Shown here: in pieces, positions 36,361 through 46,837 of the stretch
How positions within the stretch are numbered: position 1 is the first letter of the stretch
Layout: the number at the start of each line of letters is the position of its first letter
Source: Fibrobacteria bacterium
GTDB taxonomy: Bacteria; Fibrobacterota; Fibrobacteria; UBA11236
Assembly (NCBI GenBank): GCA_043745805.1
Contig: JAYTSD010000028.1
Coordinates: 44,399-108,398, forward strand
Reading direction: 5' to 3'
Length of the DNA stretch: 64,000 nucleotides
Program-made: the position numbers and the translations under genes
The notes under the pieces: model-generated
Database searches by the model: none
What the model was told of the DNA's origin: nothing
Seen by the model: the letters and a program-made list of their open reading frames with translations, nothing else

Positions 36361-38699
36361 AATGAATGGGTCAATGTGGCTAAACGATTTTCAAAAATAC
36401 GAATTTTTTTAGCCCAAATTTGCGCATTCAATTCGTCACCCGCCCGGAATTTTTTTAAGGGGAAACTTTTTAATAGTAAGGATAAGGCTTGGCTATCATA
36501 GGCATTCCAACGGTTGATATAATCTTCAATGGTTGTTAAGGATTCATCGATATTACGGAAATCGATTTCGGTATTTTGCGCCCAAATTTTAAAAGCAAAA
36601 GCGGCGTCTTCGCCTTGGCCATCTTCTTCGGATGCGAGTATTTTTTGCGCAATACGTTTGGCTAATTCCGCATCGGTTTGAATATCTTTCTCATGTAATA
36701 AAAAAGATAGCTCCGCAATTTTTTGTTCTTCTATTTCACCCGCATTTAATATGGTTTCCACGGCTTCAGACTTTAATCCAAGACGCATTTGGCAACCTGC
36801 CAAAAGGGATGCTAATTCAATTGATAATTTGTTTTCTAGGCGGTAACTTTCAAAAAAGGCAAATACAGTTTGGTATTTATGTTGTTGGATGAGATAGTGT
36901 ATATAATCCACAATTTGACTTTCAAAAACATCATGCTGTAAAAGAAAATCAAATACCACGGAATCTTTAACCGAAGGTGTGGGGTCAATGCCGCTATTTA
37001 GTAGGTATTCCCAGTCAGAAAAATAATGCCCATTGCCGGCTGCTTTTTTCAAATGGGCTTGGCTTTCATTGGGCTTATCATTTTTTATTTCTGCAAATAG
37101 AAAATGCAAATAGGCCTCATTCTGAGGTTCAATATTTTTGCCCAAGATTTTTTGTAATTCAGGGATTTTGTTTTCAGGCGCAATGACTGCAAGGGTATTA
37201 TACATGTGACACCAATCCTTGGTGAATTCACTCCAACGTTGATCAACCCAAATATCATAGGTATTTACATCATAGGTCACAAAGGTTTGTAATAAGGAGT
37301 CATAGCCAAAAATGGCGAGCACATGACCTGGAATAAAAGTTAATACAGGGTAACCGGCATCAATGAGTTTAAAAATATCTTGCAGATTTCTTAAGGGTAA
37401 TATGAAATTACTGAAGCCTCGGCTTTCCGAAAAAAAGCTTTCATCAGTAATTAAGCTGCCATGATCCAATTGGGTAATTTCTGCACCAATTTTTTTTGCA
37501 CCGGTTCTATCACCCCAATAATTAAGTACTAGGCCCATGGAATTAGGGACGCAATAAGCGCTTTTATATTCGGTTTTGGTTTCTACGCCAGGAATTACAA
37601 CTCGCTTTAAGGCGGAATCTGATTTTTTTTCTAAGCGATCATTAAATTCATGGGCCTCTAAAAGTAAACGCGAGTTTTGATAATACTTTAAGAGTACTCT
37701 TAAAAAAGCTTCTTTCGATTCCGTCATTTTGCCATTTTTACGATACAATAAGGCGACACGAAATTGTAAATAAGATTTAAGTGGGGAAGAGTTACTCCAT
37801 TCCAAAGCTTTATAATACCACGGGATAGCCGCTTGGGTGACCGCAAATTTTTCATAGCGTTGTCCAATGAGTAGGGCATAATGAATAGGCAATCCACTAC
37901 TCCAACTAAAAGCAATGAGCGCTAAAGTAAAAGCTATGATTCCCTGAAGATAAACTTTTACAAAAGGTTGTTTTTTTAAAAAGAATTTGTGCGTGATTTG
38001 TAATAAAGCTGGAATAGCAATAAAACAAATAATAAAAAAAACGATGAGACGAATTTTATCTACCCAGTCCGGGAAAATTTGTAATTCGGTTAATTGCCAA
38101 AGCGGAATAGTCACCAACACTAAATAAAGTTGGCTAGCGAGCAGATGGGAAACAAAAACACCTAAGATGACAAAACTAAGATGACCTAAGGAAATTGATT
38201 TATGATCGGGTAATACTTGTAAGGCAGAGAAAAAAAACAATAAAGCAAAATTAAGCCAAACCGATCCAAGGTCTAAATACAAAGTATTTAAGGAGGCATT
38301 GATGGGATAATAATTACTCCATAAGGCATCCGCCAACCATTGCTCCATGCTTACACATAATACGGCTATAGGCAAGCTGGCTAAGGCCATTGCCAGCGCT
38401 AAGCGTAGTCGCGAAGAGATATTTAAAGGACTAAGCTCGGAACGTGCAAAGGAAAATCTCCACACTAAAACGATAGTAACAATAATATTACTCAATGAAA
38501 TCACAATAAAAAGGAATAACCAATTAAAGGAGGTTAAAGCAGGAACTAAAAAAGGAAATAGTCCGGCAATGAGAATAATTAAGCGGGATGTCCGTGTGGG
38601 AAAGTTTTTTAAAAAAGGCCATAAAGCAATGGGGCCACCTAGAAGAGCAAGGATATAAATAAATCCGGGTAAGCGTTTATGCTCTTGAACAGAACTCAT
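36357..38699 (-). CDS. Polytopic membrane protein with TPR and C39-like cysteine peptidase domain (intact triad)
   Basis: N-terminal TMs; TPR; AYCVPNSMGLVLNYWG, GYPVLTFIPGHVLAIFGYD and TFVTYD. Confidence 0.8.
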   Translation of the reverse strand: MSSVQEHKRLPGFIYILALLGGPIALWPFLKNFPTRTSRLIILIAGLFPFLVPALTSFNWLFLFIVISLSNIIVTIVLVWRFSFARSELSPLNISSRLRLALAMALASLPIAVLCVSMEQWLADALWSNYYPINASLNTLYLDLGSVWLNFALLFFFSALQVLPDHKSISLGHLSFVILGVFVSHLLASQLYLVLVTIPLWQLTELQIFPDWVDKIRLIVFFIICFIAIPALLQITHKFFLKKQPFVKVYLQGIIAFTLALIAFSWSSGLPIHYALLIGQRYEKFAVTQAAIPWYYKALEWSNSSPLKSYLQFRVALLYRKNGKMTESKEAFLRVLLKYYQNSRLLLEAHEFNDRLEKKSDSALKRVVIPGVETKTEYKSAYCVPNSMGLVLNYWGDRTGAKKIGAEITQLDHGSLITDESFFSESRGFSNFILPLRNLQDIFKLIDAGYPVLTFIPGHVLAIFGYDSLLQTFVTYDVNTYDIWVDQRWSEFTKDWCHMYNTLAVIAPENKIPELQKILGKNIEPQNEAYLHFLFAEIKNDKPNESQAHLKKAAGNGHYFSDWEYLLNSGIDPTPSVKDSVVFDFLLQHDVFESQIVDYIHYLIQQHKYQTVFAFFESYRLENKLSIELASLLAGCQMRLGLKSEAVETILNAGEIEEQKIAELSFLLHEKDIQTDAELAKRIAQKILASEEDGQGEDAAFAFKIWAQNTEIDFRNIDESLTTIEDYINRWNAYDSQALSLLLKSFPLKKFRAGDELNAQIWAKKIRIFENRLATLTHSL

Positions 38700-41227
38700 G
38701 ATTGACTACGCTTTTGCCAAAGTTGATGTAATTTGACGGCACTGCTATCGCCTTTGTAAGTGTAATATTGCATTAATAAATTATGAGTTTCCGGTGAGGC
38801 TTTATTGAGTTTTAAACTTTTCGAAAGGGCGGCATAAGCTTTAGTATAAGCTTTGGTATTTAAAGCACAGTAACCTTGTAAGGTTAAAAAATCGGCTTCT
38901 TCAGAATAGCTGGGCGCATGGGCAAGATATACATTTACAGAATCCGGCTGTTGAAGTTTATAGGCGGACCATGCTAAGCGAAAAGATATATTTTCATTAC
39001 CAAAGGGATATAATCCTAAAGCCGCTTTCCACAGGGTAGAGGCGTCCTCCCATTTGTTTTGTATGGATTTAAAAGTGGCGAGTGAATCCAGATAGCTTGG
39101 TTCATCGGGTTCTAATCGATGCAATTGAGAGAAAATTTGAATACTCGTATCCAGACGGGCTTCATTATTCATAGGTGCGGCTAATTTTAATGAGGAGTAT
39201 TCATTGAGTAACATGTAAATACCCATAGAACCGGATAATACTTTATCCATCCAATATTTTTCTTGGTTAGCATTTAAACCGATATTTTTCAACCAAGCAG
39301 GGAAAATTGTGGGGCGATAAAGATTTTCTTCACGACGTGCATCGAGAGCCATTCTTAAATAACGTTTTTGTAAATAGAAAATCCGGCTTTCAACATATTC
39401 GGAAGGCCATAAAAAACGTGATTTTGCATAAGCTGTGGCTGCGGCAGAATCATTTTCCTGTTCCTGATAAAGTAAGTCGCCTTGTTCAGCCCAAAAAGCA
39501 CCTTGTGTTTCATTCGCTACAACAAATGTATTGCTTCCTAAAACTAATCCCACACCACCAATATCATGAATATGTTTTTGCAATTTTTCGCTATTGATAA
39601 ATTTTTGAATGCTGTATTTAAAGTCATAGTCATTTTTTTTTGTGGAGTCGGTGATTGATTTTGTTGTTTGCTGATAAAATAAATCAATATCCTCATTCTT
39701 AAATAAACTGGATTTATTGCGTGCATTTTGATAGGCATAAAAATAAAAGCCATCACGTCCGGCATCATATCCAGAAATCACGGCCCAGCCTCCAGGCATA
39801 AAAATATAAGGCACTAAATGTTGCCTTAAAGCATTTTTGATTTTTAAGGTATCGATATAACAAACCACATGCGGAACATTTAATTGTTTTAGTACCGGTA
39901 CAATTTGCGGTGCGGAATGAATATCGGGTAATTGAATTTGAATAGTTTCTGATAAGGTCAGTAATTTCTTTTTGAGATCAATATCTGCTAGCTTGGGTTC
40001 CAAATAACTCACGGCGCTTAATAAGGCATACCAATCCGCTGTTAAATAAGTGGCAGGTTTTATAATGGGCAGTTCTAAGCTAACGGAGTTTTCATTTTGC
40101 TGGGTATGCTGTTGTTGTAAATGATTAAGCTGCCAAGTTATATTTCGCAGCAGCGGCGCATAATAAGTTTTTTTCTCAGCTATTTTTTGAGCTTGTTGTA
40201 AATAGGTTTTGGCTTTTTCCTTAGCGCCGGTTTGATAAGCTAATTCAGCGAGTTGACCCCATAAATAGGGCGCGGTATAACTATTGGGGATTCTTTTTAA
40301 TTCTGTATTACCGAGTAAGTGATAAACGGTATAGTGATGATTTTGATACTGATTTTCTCTTAATCCTGCTAGATAATAATTCCAATCTCCAGTGAGAAAA
40401 AGTAATTGCGAATAAAAAACCAGTGAGGGAAGGCTAAGAAAGCTGGAACGACGAATAAATACGGCGCTTGATCGAGAAGGCAATAAATAAAGCGAACCCA
40501 TAAAAAAACCAAGAAATAAAATACCGTCACGCAGGAGCATTCGGAGTTTTTCTTCAACGGGGAAACTAAAAAATAAAGGATGCTTTTCTTGGGGAGCAAT
40601 TAAATGCAATAGAAATTCATCGGATTTGCCCCAAATACCAATCCATAGGGACAAAACCATTAAGCCGGCATAGAAAAACAGTAATTGGCGTAGTCCAAAG
40701 CGAAGTTGAAAAAAACGTAAAGCTAAAGCAAATAATAAAACGGCTGGCGTAGCATAGGCCATCCAAATTAAACTACTAGTATAAACATCACTAGGTAAAT
40801 GAATGGAAAAGGCTTGGAGATCGCGAATATAATGCACTAATCCCACCAAATAAACCAATGGATAAATAGCGTAAGCGGCGGCTAAAAGTTGCGGTAGAAA
40901 ATGCTTATTGCCATCAGTGCTTTTTTCAAAAGGAATACACAGTTGTTGTGCCGAGGGATTATTAAAAAATATGCGGATACTAAAAACACAAAGCGCTATG
41001 TACAGCAGCAGTACAACAAGCCAATGCACAGGCAAAAAAAACAAAATACTTTGTAATGTCATCCAAAAAATCAGTAACAAAAAGGGATTTTGCCATAAAG
41101 CCAGTGGAAGTTGTCTGCGGATTTTTTTTCCCGATAAAATAAACCAAGGGGCTAAAGGGCCAAATAAAAAGGCCAAGACCAAAAACCAAAGTTTACGAAA
41201 AAAGATTGGTGAAAAAGTGTTCGGCAT
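38696..41227 (-). CDS. Paralogous polytopic membrane-TPR protein with degenerate C39-like domain
   Basis: Same layout; ADWYALLSAVSYL, LVPYIFMPGGWAVISGYD and FYFYAY lack the Cys/His/Asp; C-terminal TPRs. Confidence 0.72.
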   Translation of the reverse strand: MPNTFSPIFFRKLWFLVLAFLFGPLAPWFILSGKKIRRQLPLALWQNPFLLLIFWMTLQSILFFLPVHWLVVLLLYIALCVFSIRIFFNNPSAQQLCIPFEKSTDGNKHFLPQLLAAAYAIYPLVYLVGLVHYIRDLQAFSIHLPSDVYTSSLIWMAYATPAVLLFALALRFFQLRFGLRQLLFFYAGLMVLSLWIGIWGKSDEFLLHLIAPQEKHPLFFSFPVEEKLRMLLRDGILFLGFFMGSLYLLPSRSSAVFIRRSSFLSLPSLVFYSQLLFLTGDWNYYLAGLRENQYQNHHYTVYHLLGNTELKRIPNSYTAPYLWGQLAELAYQTGAKEKAKTYLQQAQKIAEKKTYYAPLLRNITWQLNHLQQQHTQQNENSVSLELPIIKPATYLTADWYALLSAVSYLEPKLADIDLKKKLLTLSETIQIQLPDIHSAPQIVPVLKQLNVPHVVCYIDTLKIKNALRQHLVPYIFMPGGWAVISGYDAGRDGFYFYAYQNARNKSSLFKNEDIDLFYQQTTKSITDSTKKNDYDFKYSIQKFINSEKLQKHIHDIGGVGLVLGSNTFVVANETQGAFWAEQGDLLYQEQENDSAAATAYAKSRFLWPSEYVESRIFYLQKRYLRMALDARREENLYRPTIFPAWLKNIGLNANQEKYWMDKVLSGSMGIYMLLNEYSSLKLAAPMNNEARLDTSIQIFSQLHRLEPDEPSYLDSLATFKSIQNKWEDASTLWKAALGLYPFGNENISFRLAWSAYKLQQPDSVNVYLAHAPSYSEEADFLTLQGYCALNTKAYTKAYAALSKSLKLNKASPETHNLLMQYYTYKGDSSAVKLHQLWQKRSQS

Positions 41228-41247
41228 AGCGGTCGTGTGCGACTTAA

Positions 41248-43110
41248 TTAAATGGATGGGTTTGAAGGTCTTTGTTGCAAATGAAAAATCAATCCCGAAA
41301 TATCGGCAGGAGTAACTCCTGAGATACGCTGGGCCAAACCAACCGTGGCAGGGCGTTTCACCGCTAATTTTTGCCTTGCTTCTGTGGATAAAGCATGGGC
41401 CTTAATATAATCAAAGCTGGGTGGTATTATTAAGGTCGATAATTTTTTGTTACGCTCAATTTCTTTTAATTGTCTTTCCCAAAAACCGCGATAGCGTTCC
41501 GAGGATTCTAATTCCAAATGTTCTTTCAAGGTTAAATCGGATTTGATTTCGAGAATTTCTAAAAGCTTAATTAAATCCACATTCGGTCTCTTCAAAAGTC
41601 CTAAACCGTCTACGGCTTCATGTAAGCGAGAGGAGCCAAGGGATTCGAGATAATCATTTAAGGGTTCGGATTGTGAGCGTGTATGTAAAAGTGTTTCACG
41701 CATTTTTTCCATACGCGTACGCGAAGCTATAAATTTTTCCCAAGTACTTTCTTCAATAAGACCCAAGCGATGTCCGGTAGCAAGCAAACGTTCTTCGGCA
41801 TTGTCTTGACGCAAATGTAAACGATACTCGGCACGCGAAGTAAACATCCGATAGGGTTCTTCCAGATCAAGTGAAATCAAATCGTCCGTCATCACTCCGA
41901 TATACGATTCCGCACGGGTTAACCATAAAGGTTCTTCCCCTTTAATTTTTAAAGCCGCATTGAGGCCCGCCAATAAGCCTTGCGCAGCCGCTTCTTCATA
42001 GCCTGAAGTGCCATTCACTTGTCCAGCGAAATACAAACCGGAAAAGTCTTTGCATTCATAAGTGGGTAACAGTTGGGTGGCGTCCACGGAATCGTATTCT
42101 ACGGCATAACCATAACGCAGCACTTGGCAATTTTGTAAGCCAGGAATGGTACGCAAGGCGGCATCTTGTATTTTGGCTGGTAGGCTAGAGGAAAAGCCAT
42201 TTACATAAATTCGATTATTATTCAGTCCCTCGGGTTCTAAAAATAAATGATGGGAATCTTTATCCGCAAAGCGGCCAATTTTATCTTCAATGGAAGGGCA
42301 ATAACGTGGGCCAATACCCTCTATCATCCCTGTAAACATAGGGCTTTCGTCAAAGCCGGTGCGTAAAATTTCATGCGTGTCTTTATTCGTATGCGTAATC
42401 CAACAGGTGGCATGATTTTTAACTTGAAAGTCGGTGCGAAAAGAAAATGCCGTGGGAATTTCATCGCCATATTGAATTTCCGTTTGCGCATAATCAATGG
42501 AGGTTTTTTCTAAACGTGCGGGAGTGCCGGTTTTTAAACGGCGAGTTTTTATGCCTAAATCTTTTAAGGTTTGCGATAATTCATTAGAGGCCGCTTCGCC
42601 AATGCGTCCGCCCACCGTAGATTTTAATCCAGTAAACATTTTAGCGCCTAAAAATGTGCCTGAAGTAATGATCAAGGCTTTGCAATAAATGGGTTCTGCA
42701 CCGATATCTAACTTGTAGCGACCATCGCTTTGAATTTCAAAATGTTTTAATTCGCCGTCTACAAAGTTTAAATGGGGTAAGCGCTTGAGTAACGATTGCA
42801 TGGTTTCGGCATAGAGTTCCATATCCATTTGCGCGCGAGGCCCCCAAACCGCTGGGCCTTTACTCAAATTAAGCATACGAAATTGAATGCCCGCTATATC
42901 TGCAGCGACGCCCATCAGTCCACCTAAGGCATCAATATCGCGCACCAATTGGCCTTTGGCCACTCCGCCAATAGCAGGGTTGCAAGACATGCGCCCGATA
43001 GCGCGGCTGTCCATGGATAAAAGTAGGGTAGATAAACCAGATAGGGCAGCGGCATTTGCGGCTTCAATACCGGCATGGCCACCGCCGACCACGACTATAT
43101 CAGCTTGCAA
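41248..43110 (-). CDS. mnmG: tRNA uridine 5-carboxymethylaminomethyl modification enzyme
   Basis: VVGGGHAGIEAA, SCNPAIGG, RLKTGTP, GPRYCPSIEDK and AGQVNGTSGYEEAAAQG motifs. Confidence 0.98.
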   Translation of the reverse strand: MQADIVVVGGGHAGIEAANAAALSGLSTLLLSMDSRAIGRMSCNPAIGGVAKGQLVRDIDALGGLMGVAADIAGIQFRMLNLSKGPAVWGPRAQMDMELYAETMQSLLKRLPHLNFVDGELKHFEIQSDGRYKLDIGAEPIYCKALIITSGTFLGAKMFTGLKSTVGGRIGEAASNELSQTLKDLGIKTRRLKTGTPARLEKTSIDYAQTEIQYGDEIPTAFSFRTDFQVKNHATCWITHTNKDTHEILRTGFDESPMFTGMIEGIGPRYCPSIEDKIGRFADKDSHHLFLEPEGLNNNRIYVNGFSSSLPAKIQDAALRTIPGLQNCQVLRYGYAVEYDSVDATQLLPTYECKDFSGLYFAGQVNGTSGYEEAAAQGLLAGLNAALKIKGEEPLWLTRAESYIGVMTDDLISLDLEEPYRMFTSRAEYRLHLRQDNAEERLLATGHRLGLIEESTWEKFIASRTRMEKMRETLLHTRSQSEPLNDYLESLGSSRLHEAVDGLGLLKRPNVDLIKLLEILEIKSDLTLKEHLELESSERYRGFWERQLKEIERNKKLSTLIIPPSFDYIKAHALSTEARQKLAVKRPATVGLAQRISGVTPADISGLIFHLQQRPSNPSI

Positions 43111-43527
43111 AATCTATCCTTGGTTTAACAAAATGGTAAAGTATAAAAAAATCCCCATTTTATGAAACAGGGATTCTACAGAGATAATGGATTTACGTTG
43201 TTTGCGTGAGTTTTTATCGAGTTAAACGGACGCGTCCACCTAATAAATGCAGGGTTGGAGCGGCTTTTTCTTTAACTTTCTTGCCTTTTTCCAAAACCCC
43301 TGGAAGTATCCAAATTACAAATAGCATTGATAAAAAAAGTAGCAGGATTTGAATGGAAAAGCTGCTGTTTAGAATACCCATAAGAAGCTCCCTTGTTAGT
43401 ACCGTTATAAGTCGTTAATTCGATTCTATCACCTATGTATACGAATGTCTAGTGTAATAGACTATTCTTTTTAAAAGTTTATCCGCGATTTTTTGTACTT
43501 TTATGCGCTCATCCCATGGAAGGAATT

Positions 43528-44280
43528 ATGTTGAAAAGCTTTTTTGCTCTTATAAGTATGCTTGGAATAGTTCAATTGGCTGTTGCTCAGGCCGTTATTT
43601 CACCAGCCGCTAAAGATTCTCTCCCAGTTGTATCGTCTACACCATCTGATAGTGCGCAAACTAATTTAACAGGGGCGGACGCTGCAGCCAAGCAAATGGG
43701 CAGCACTAAACAACAGCCCTTAAAACTATTTAATGACCCTAAGTTAATTGCGCAAGAATATGTTTTTGGTGGCATGGGTTCATATGTGTTGGGTGGCTTA
43801 GGTTTTTTTATTGGGAAAGGTTTTGAATCCGTTTTTTATACTAATCCCAAAAAAGGAACCTTAGAATTTTCTGGTGTTCGCTATGATAATTTTCATGGCG
43901 CTTTTTATGGTGCAGCAACAGGTATGGCTTTGGGAACCGCAATGACAGTTTATTTTATCGGCCAAAGCGATGAAGAAGAAGGCGGCTTTTGGCTCACTAC
44001 TTTAGGTTCCTTAGCGGGAACGGCTGCCGGTATGTTTTTGGCGACTCAACTTGATGTAAATAAAGATGTGCATTGGCTTCCTTTTTTACCTTTAGTGGCC
44101 TTACCACCAGTAGGTGCGGTATTAGGATTTAATACTTCACGTTATTTCAGTGACAAAAAACGTAGAGCCATTACTGGGCATGCGCAAGCCCCTCATTTTG
44201 AGGCACCAACTTTAAGTTTAGCTTCAACCACAAATGGGAGTATGCTTTATACTCTTAATGTGCTAAACTTTAAATTTTAA
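43528..44280 (+). CDS. Hypothetical exported/membrane protein with Gly-rich TM helices
   Basis: Signal peptide (likely start 43528); several GxxxG-rich hydrophobic segments. Confidence 0.7.
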   Translation: MLKSFFALISMLGIVQLAVAQAVISPAAKDSLPVVSSTPSDSAQTNLTGADAAAKQMGSTKQQPLKLFNDPKLIAQEYVFGGMGSYVLGGLGFFIGKGFESVFYTNPKKGTLEFSGVRYDNFHGAFYGAATGMALGTAMTVYFIGQSDEEEGGFWLTTLGSLAGTAAGMFLATQLDVNKDVHWLPFLPLVALPPVGAVLGFNTSRYFSDKKRRAITGHAQAPHFEAPTLSLASTTNGSMLYTLNVLNFKF

Positions 44281-44299
44281 AACCTGAATTTGGGGTATT

Positions 44300-46432
44300 A
44301 TGAATTTGTATAAAGCGGTAGCTTTAATCTTAAGTACTTTTTTTCTGTTCACCATTTCTTTGGCCGCCGCGGCAGCACCGACTAAAGAAGAATTATTGGA
44401 TAAATTACTTTTAAAAAGTTTATCTACTTGGCATTATAGTCCACAAAAAATTGATGATGCCTTTTCTAAAAAGGCTTTTACCCTTTATTTAAAACGTTTA
44501 GATCCACAAAAGCGTTTTTTGATTCAAGCGGATGTCGATAGTTTAAAAAAATTTGAAACTAGTTTCGATGATGATTTTCGCGAAGGCGATTTTAATGCGC
44601 AGGGCTTTGCACAAAAACGTTTGCGCATGCGCATTTTAGAAACACAGAGTTTTGTTCAGGAAATGCTGAAAACGCCTTTTCAATATAGCAAGCCCGATTC
44701 ATTACAATTAGATGCACAAAAAGAATCCTTTGCAGTAACTCAAGACGCGTTGAAATTACGTTGGGAAAAAATTCTCCGCTATCAAACTTTATTGCGTATT
44801 CGTGAAGTACAAGAAGATCAGAATAAGCAACAAAAATTAAAAACCGAAGCGCAAAAAAAAGAGAAGAGCAAAGATAAAGAAACAGTCACGGTTAAGCCAA
44901 AGTCTTTTGATCAATTAGAAGATGAGGCGCGTAAATTAGTGGGCCGTAATGTTAAAAGACTTTTTGATCGCATGCTTAGAGAAGAAAATTTAGAGCAAGC
45001 GGCATCCTATTTAAACACCTTGAGTAATGTTTATGATCCGCATACGGAATATTTTAAACCGGAAGCCAAAGAAGAATTTGAATTGAGTATGACGGGCACT
45101 TTGGAAGGCATTGGCGCGGTATTGCGCGAAGACGATGGCTATATCAAAGTGGTCAGTATTGTACCTGGCAGTGCCGCATGGAGACAAAAGGAATTAAAAG
45201 CGGAAGATAAAATTTTAAAAGTGGCGCAAGGGAGTGAAGAGCCTGTTGATGTGGTGGAGGCTAGTGTAAATGAAGCCGTAAAAATGATTCGTGGAAAAAA
45301 AGGGACTGAAGTACGTTTAAGTGTGCAAAAGCCTTCCGGTCAAATAACCATTATCCCTATTATTCGTGATATTGTTATCGTAGAAGATACCTATGCGAAA
45401 AGTGCCGTGATTGAATCCGAAAAAAATCATAAGCATTTTGGATATATTGATTTACCTGCTTTTTATCATGATTTCAATAATTCCAAAGGCCGTAATGCTA
45501 CTGATGATATTCGTAAAGAATTAGTAAAACTTAAAGCGGAAAAAGTAGATGGCATTATTCTTGACCTGCGCAATAATGGTGGCGGGGCTTTGGAAGATGC
45601 AGTGAAAATGGCGGGCTTATTTATTCGCAGCGGGCCGATTGTACAAGTACGTGATCAAAAAGGCAATGGTCAAGTATTAAGTGATGTCGATACATCCATT
45701 ACTTTTGGTGGGCCTTTAGTGGTGATGGTTAATTCATTTAGTGCTTCGGCTTCGGAAATTGTGGCTGCTGCTTTGCAAGACTATGGTCGCGCTACAATTG
45801 TAGGTACAGACACTTCCTTTGGTAAAGGTACGGTGCAAAGCATGATGGACTTGGATAATTATGTGCCGCCTGCATTTGCCAGTATGCGCCCCTTAGGTTC
45901 ACTAAAACTAACCATTCAAAAATTTTACCGTATCAATGGTGGATCTACGCAGTATAAGGGAGTGGTTCCCGAAATTTTAATGCCCGATGCCTATAGTCAC
46001 ATGGAGATCGGCGAACGTAATTTGGAATATGCTTTGCCTTGGGATACCGTTAGTGCATTGCGTTATGAAAAATGGAATAAAAAAATTGATCTCGCAGGGT
46101 TGAAATTAAAATATGATAGGCGCTTTAAAACTGATCCTACCTATGGATCCTTAAAAAACTTCTTGTCCCAAATTGAAAAGCAAAAAGCAAAAACCATTGT
46201 AAGCCTTAAGAAAGAAGACTTTCAAAAGGATCAATTGGAAATTACCAAGCAAAATGAAAAATTTGAAGAATGGTTGAAATCGAAAAAACCTTTAGCCGTA
46301 AAAAGTCTGGAAAAAAATAATGGTTTGACTTTGGGTGACTCGGTGGAAATCGAGAAGAATAAAAAATGGACTGAAGGTTTAGGCAAAGATCTTTATTTGC
46401 ATGAATCCGTGAATGTTATTGATGATATGTAA
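44300..46432 (+). CDS. prc: Carboxy-terminal processing protease (tail-specific protease, S41A)
   Basis: YDPHTEY, PDZ GIGAVL, DLRNNGGG, SASASEI and FGKGTVQ motifs. Confidence 0.95.
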   Translation: MNLYKAVALILSTFFLFTISLAAAAAPTKEELLDKLLLKSLSTWHYSPQKIDDAFSKKAFTLYLKRLDPQKRFLIQADVDSLKKFETSFDDDFREGDFNAQGFAQKRLRMRILETQSFVQEMLKTPFQYSKPDSLQLDAQKESFAVTQDALKLRWEKILRYQTLLRIREVQEDQNKQQKLKTEAQKKEKSKDKETVTVKPKSFDQLEDEARKLVGRNVKRLFDRMLREENLEQAASYLNTLSNVYDPHTEYFKPEAKEEFELSMTGTLEGIGAVLREDDGYIKVVSIVPGSAAWRQKELKAEDKILKVAQGSEEPVDVVEASVNEAVKMIRGKKGTEVRLSVQKPSGQITIIPIIRDIVIVEDTYAKSAVIESEKNHKHFGYIDLPAFYHDFNNSKGRNATDDIRKELVKLKAEKVDGIILDLRNNGGGALEDAVKMAGLFIRSGPIVQVRDQKGNGQVLSDVDTSITFGGPLVVMVNSFSASASEIVAAALQDYGRATIVGTDTSFGKGTVQSMMDLDNYVPPAFASMRPLGSLKLTIQKFYRINGGSTQYKGVVPEILMPDAYSHMEIGERNLEYALPWDTVSALRYEKWNKKIDLAGLKLKYDRRFKTDPTYGSLKNFLSQIEKQKAKTIVSLKKEDFQKDQLEITKQNEKFEEWLKSKKPLAVKSLEKNNGLTLGDSVEIEKNKKWTEGLGKDLYLHESVNVIDDM

Positions 46433-46435
46433 ATA

Positions 46436-46479
46436 TTGATATTGTAGGGGCACAAAATTTTGTGCCCCTACAATATCAA
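46436..46479. repeat. GTAG-type REP palindrome, copy 2
   Basis: TTGATATTGTAGGGGCACAAAATTTTGTGCCCCTACAATATCAA, a perfect 44-bp palindrome immediately after the prc stop. Confidence 0.85.
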
Positions 46480-46523
46480 ATGGCAAACAACATCCATACC
46501 CATTGATAGTAAATACTTTATTT

Positions 46524-46541
46524 TGTACAATTAAACGTACA
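46524..46541. promoter_or_regulatory. TA operator, TGTACA...CGTACA at 12-bp spacing
   Basis: Hexamers at 46524-46529 and 46536-46541, like the YefM-type operator, just before the GGAGG RBS. Confidence 0.6.
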
Positions 46542-46555
46542 CTTTGGAGGTAAAA

Positions 46556-46837
46556 ATGGCTCGTATCGAATTAGATAAAGATGTCCGCCCACTCTCAGAA
46601 TTTCGAGCAAATGCTACTTCCTTTATTGATCAAGTGCATAAAACGAAGCGCCCTTTAGTTATCACTCAACATGGAAAAAGTGCAGCCGTGCTCTTGGACG
46701 TAATTGAATATCAACTGTTAATGGAAAAAATTGAACTGTTGAATGATATTTATGTTGCCGAAAAAGACATTAAAACAAATAAAGTAATGTCGCATGCTAA
46801 AGCTTTGGAGGCAGTTAAAAAGCGAATTACTCGATGA
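46556..46837 (+). CDS. Phd/YefM-family antitoxin
   Basis: PLSEFRAN...RPLVITQHGKSAAVLLD; ATG 46556. Confidence 0.92.
   Translation: MARIELDKDVRPLSEFRANATSFIDQVHKTKRPLVITQHGKSAAVLLDVIEYQLLMEKIELLNDIYVAEKDIKTNKVMSHAKALEAVKKRITR

Noticed and set aside
43214-43300. Short basic ORF (LEKGKKVKEKAAPTLHLLGGRVRLTR) on the minus strand, considered as rpmH or a leader peptide
   Set aside because: No L34 motif, TTG start and no clear RBS.
43111-43527. Possible oriC next to mnmG
   Set aside because: No cluster of TTATCCACA-like DnaA boxes is visible; only one weak match (TTATCCGCG near 43479).
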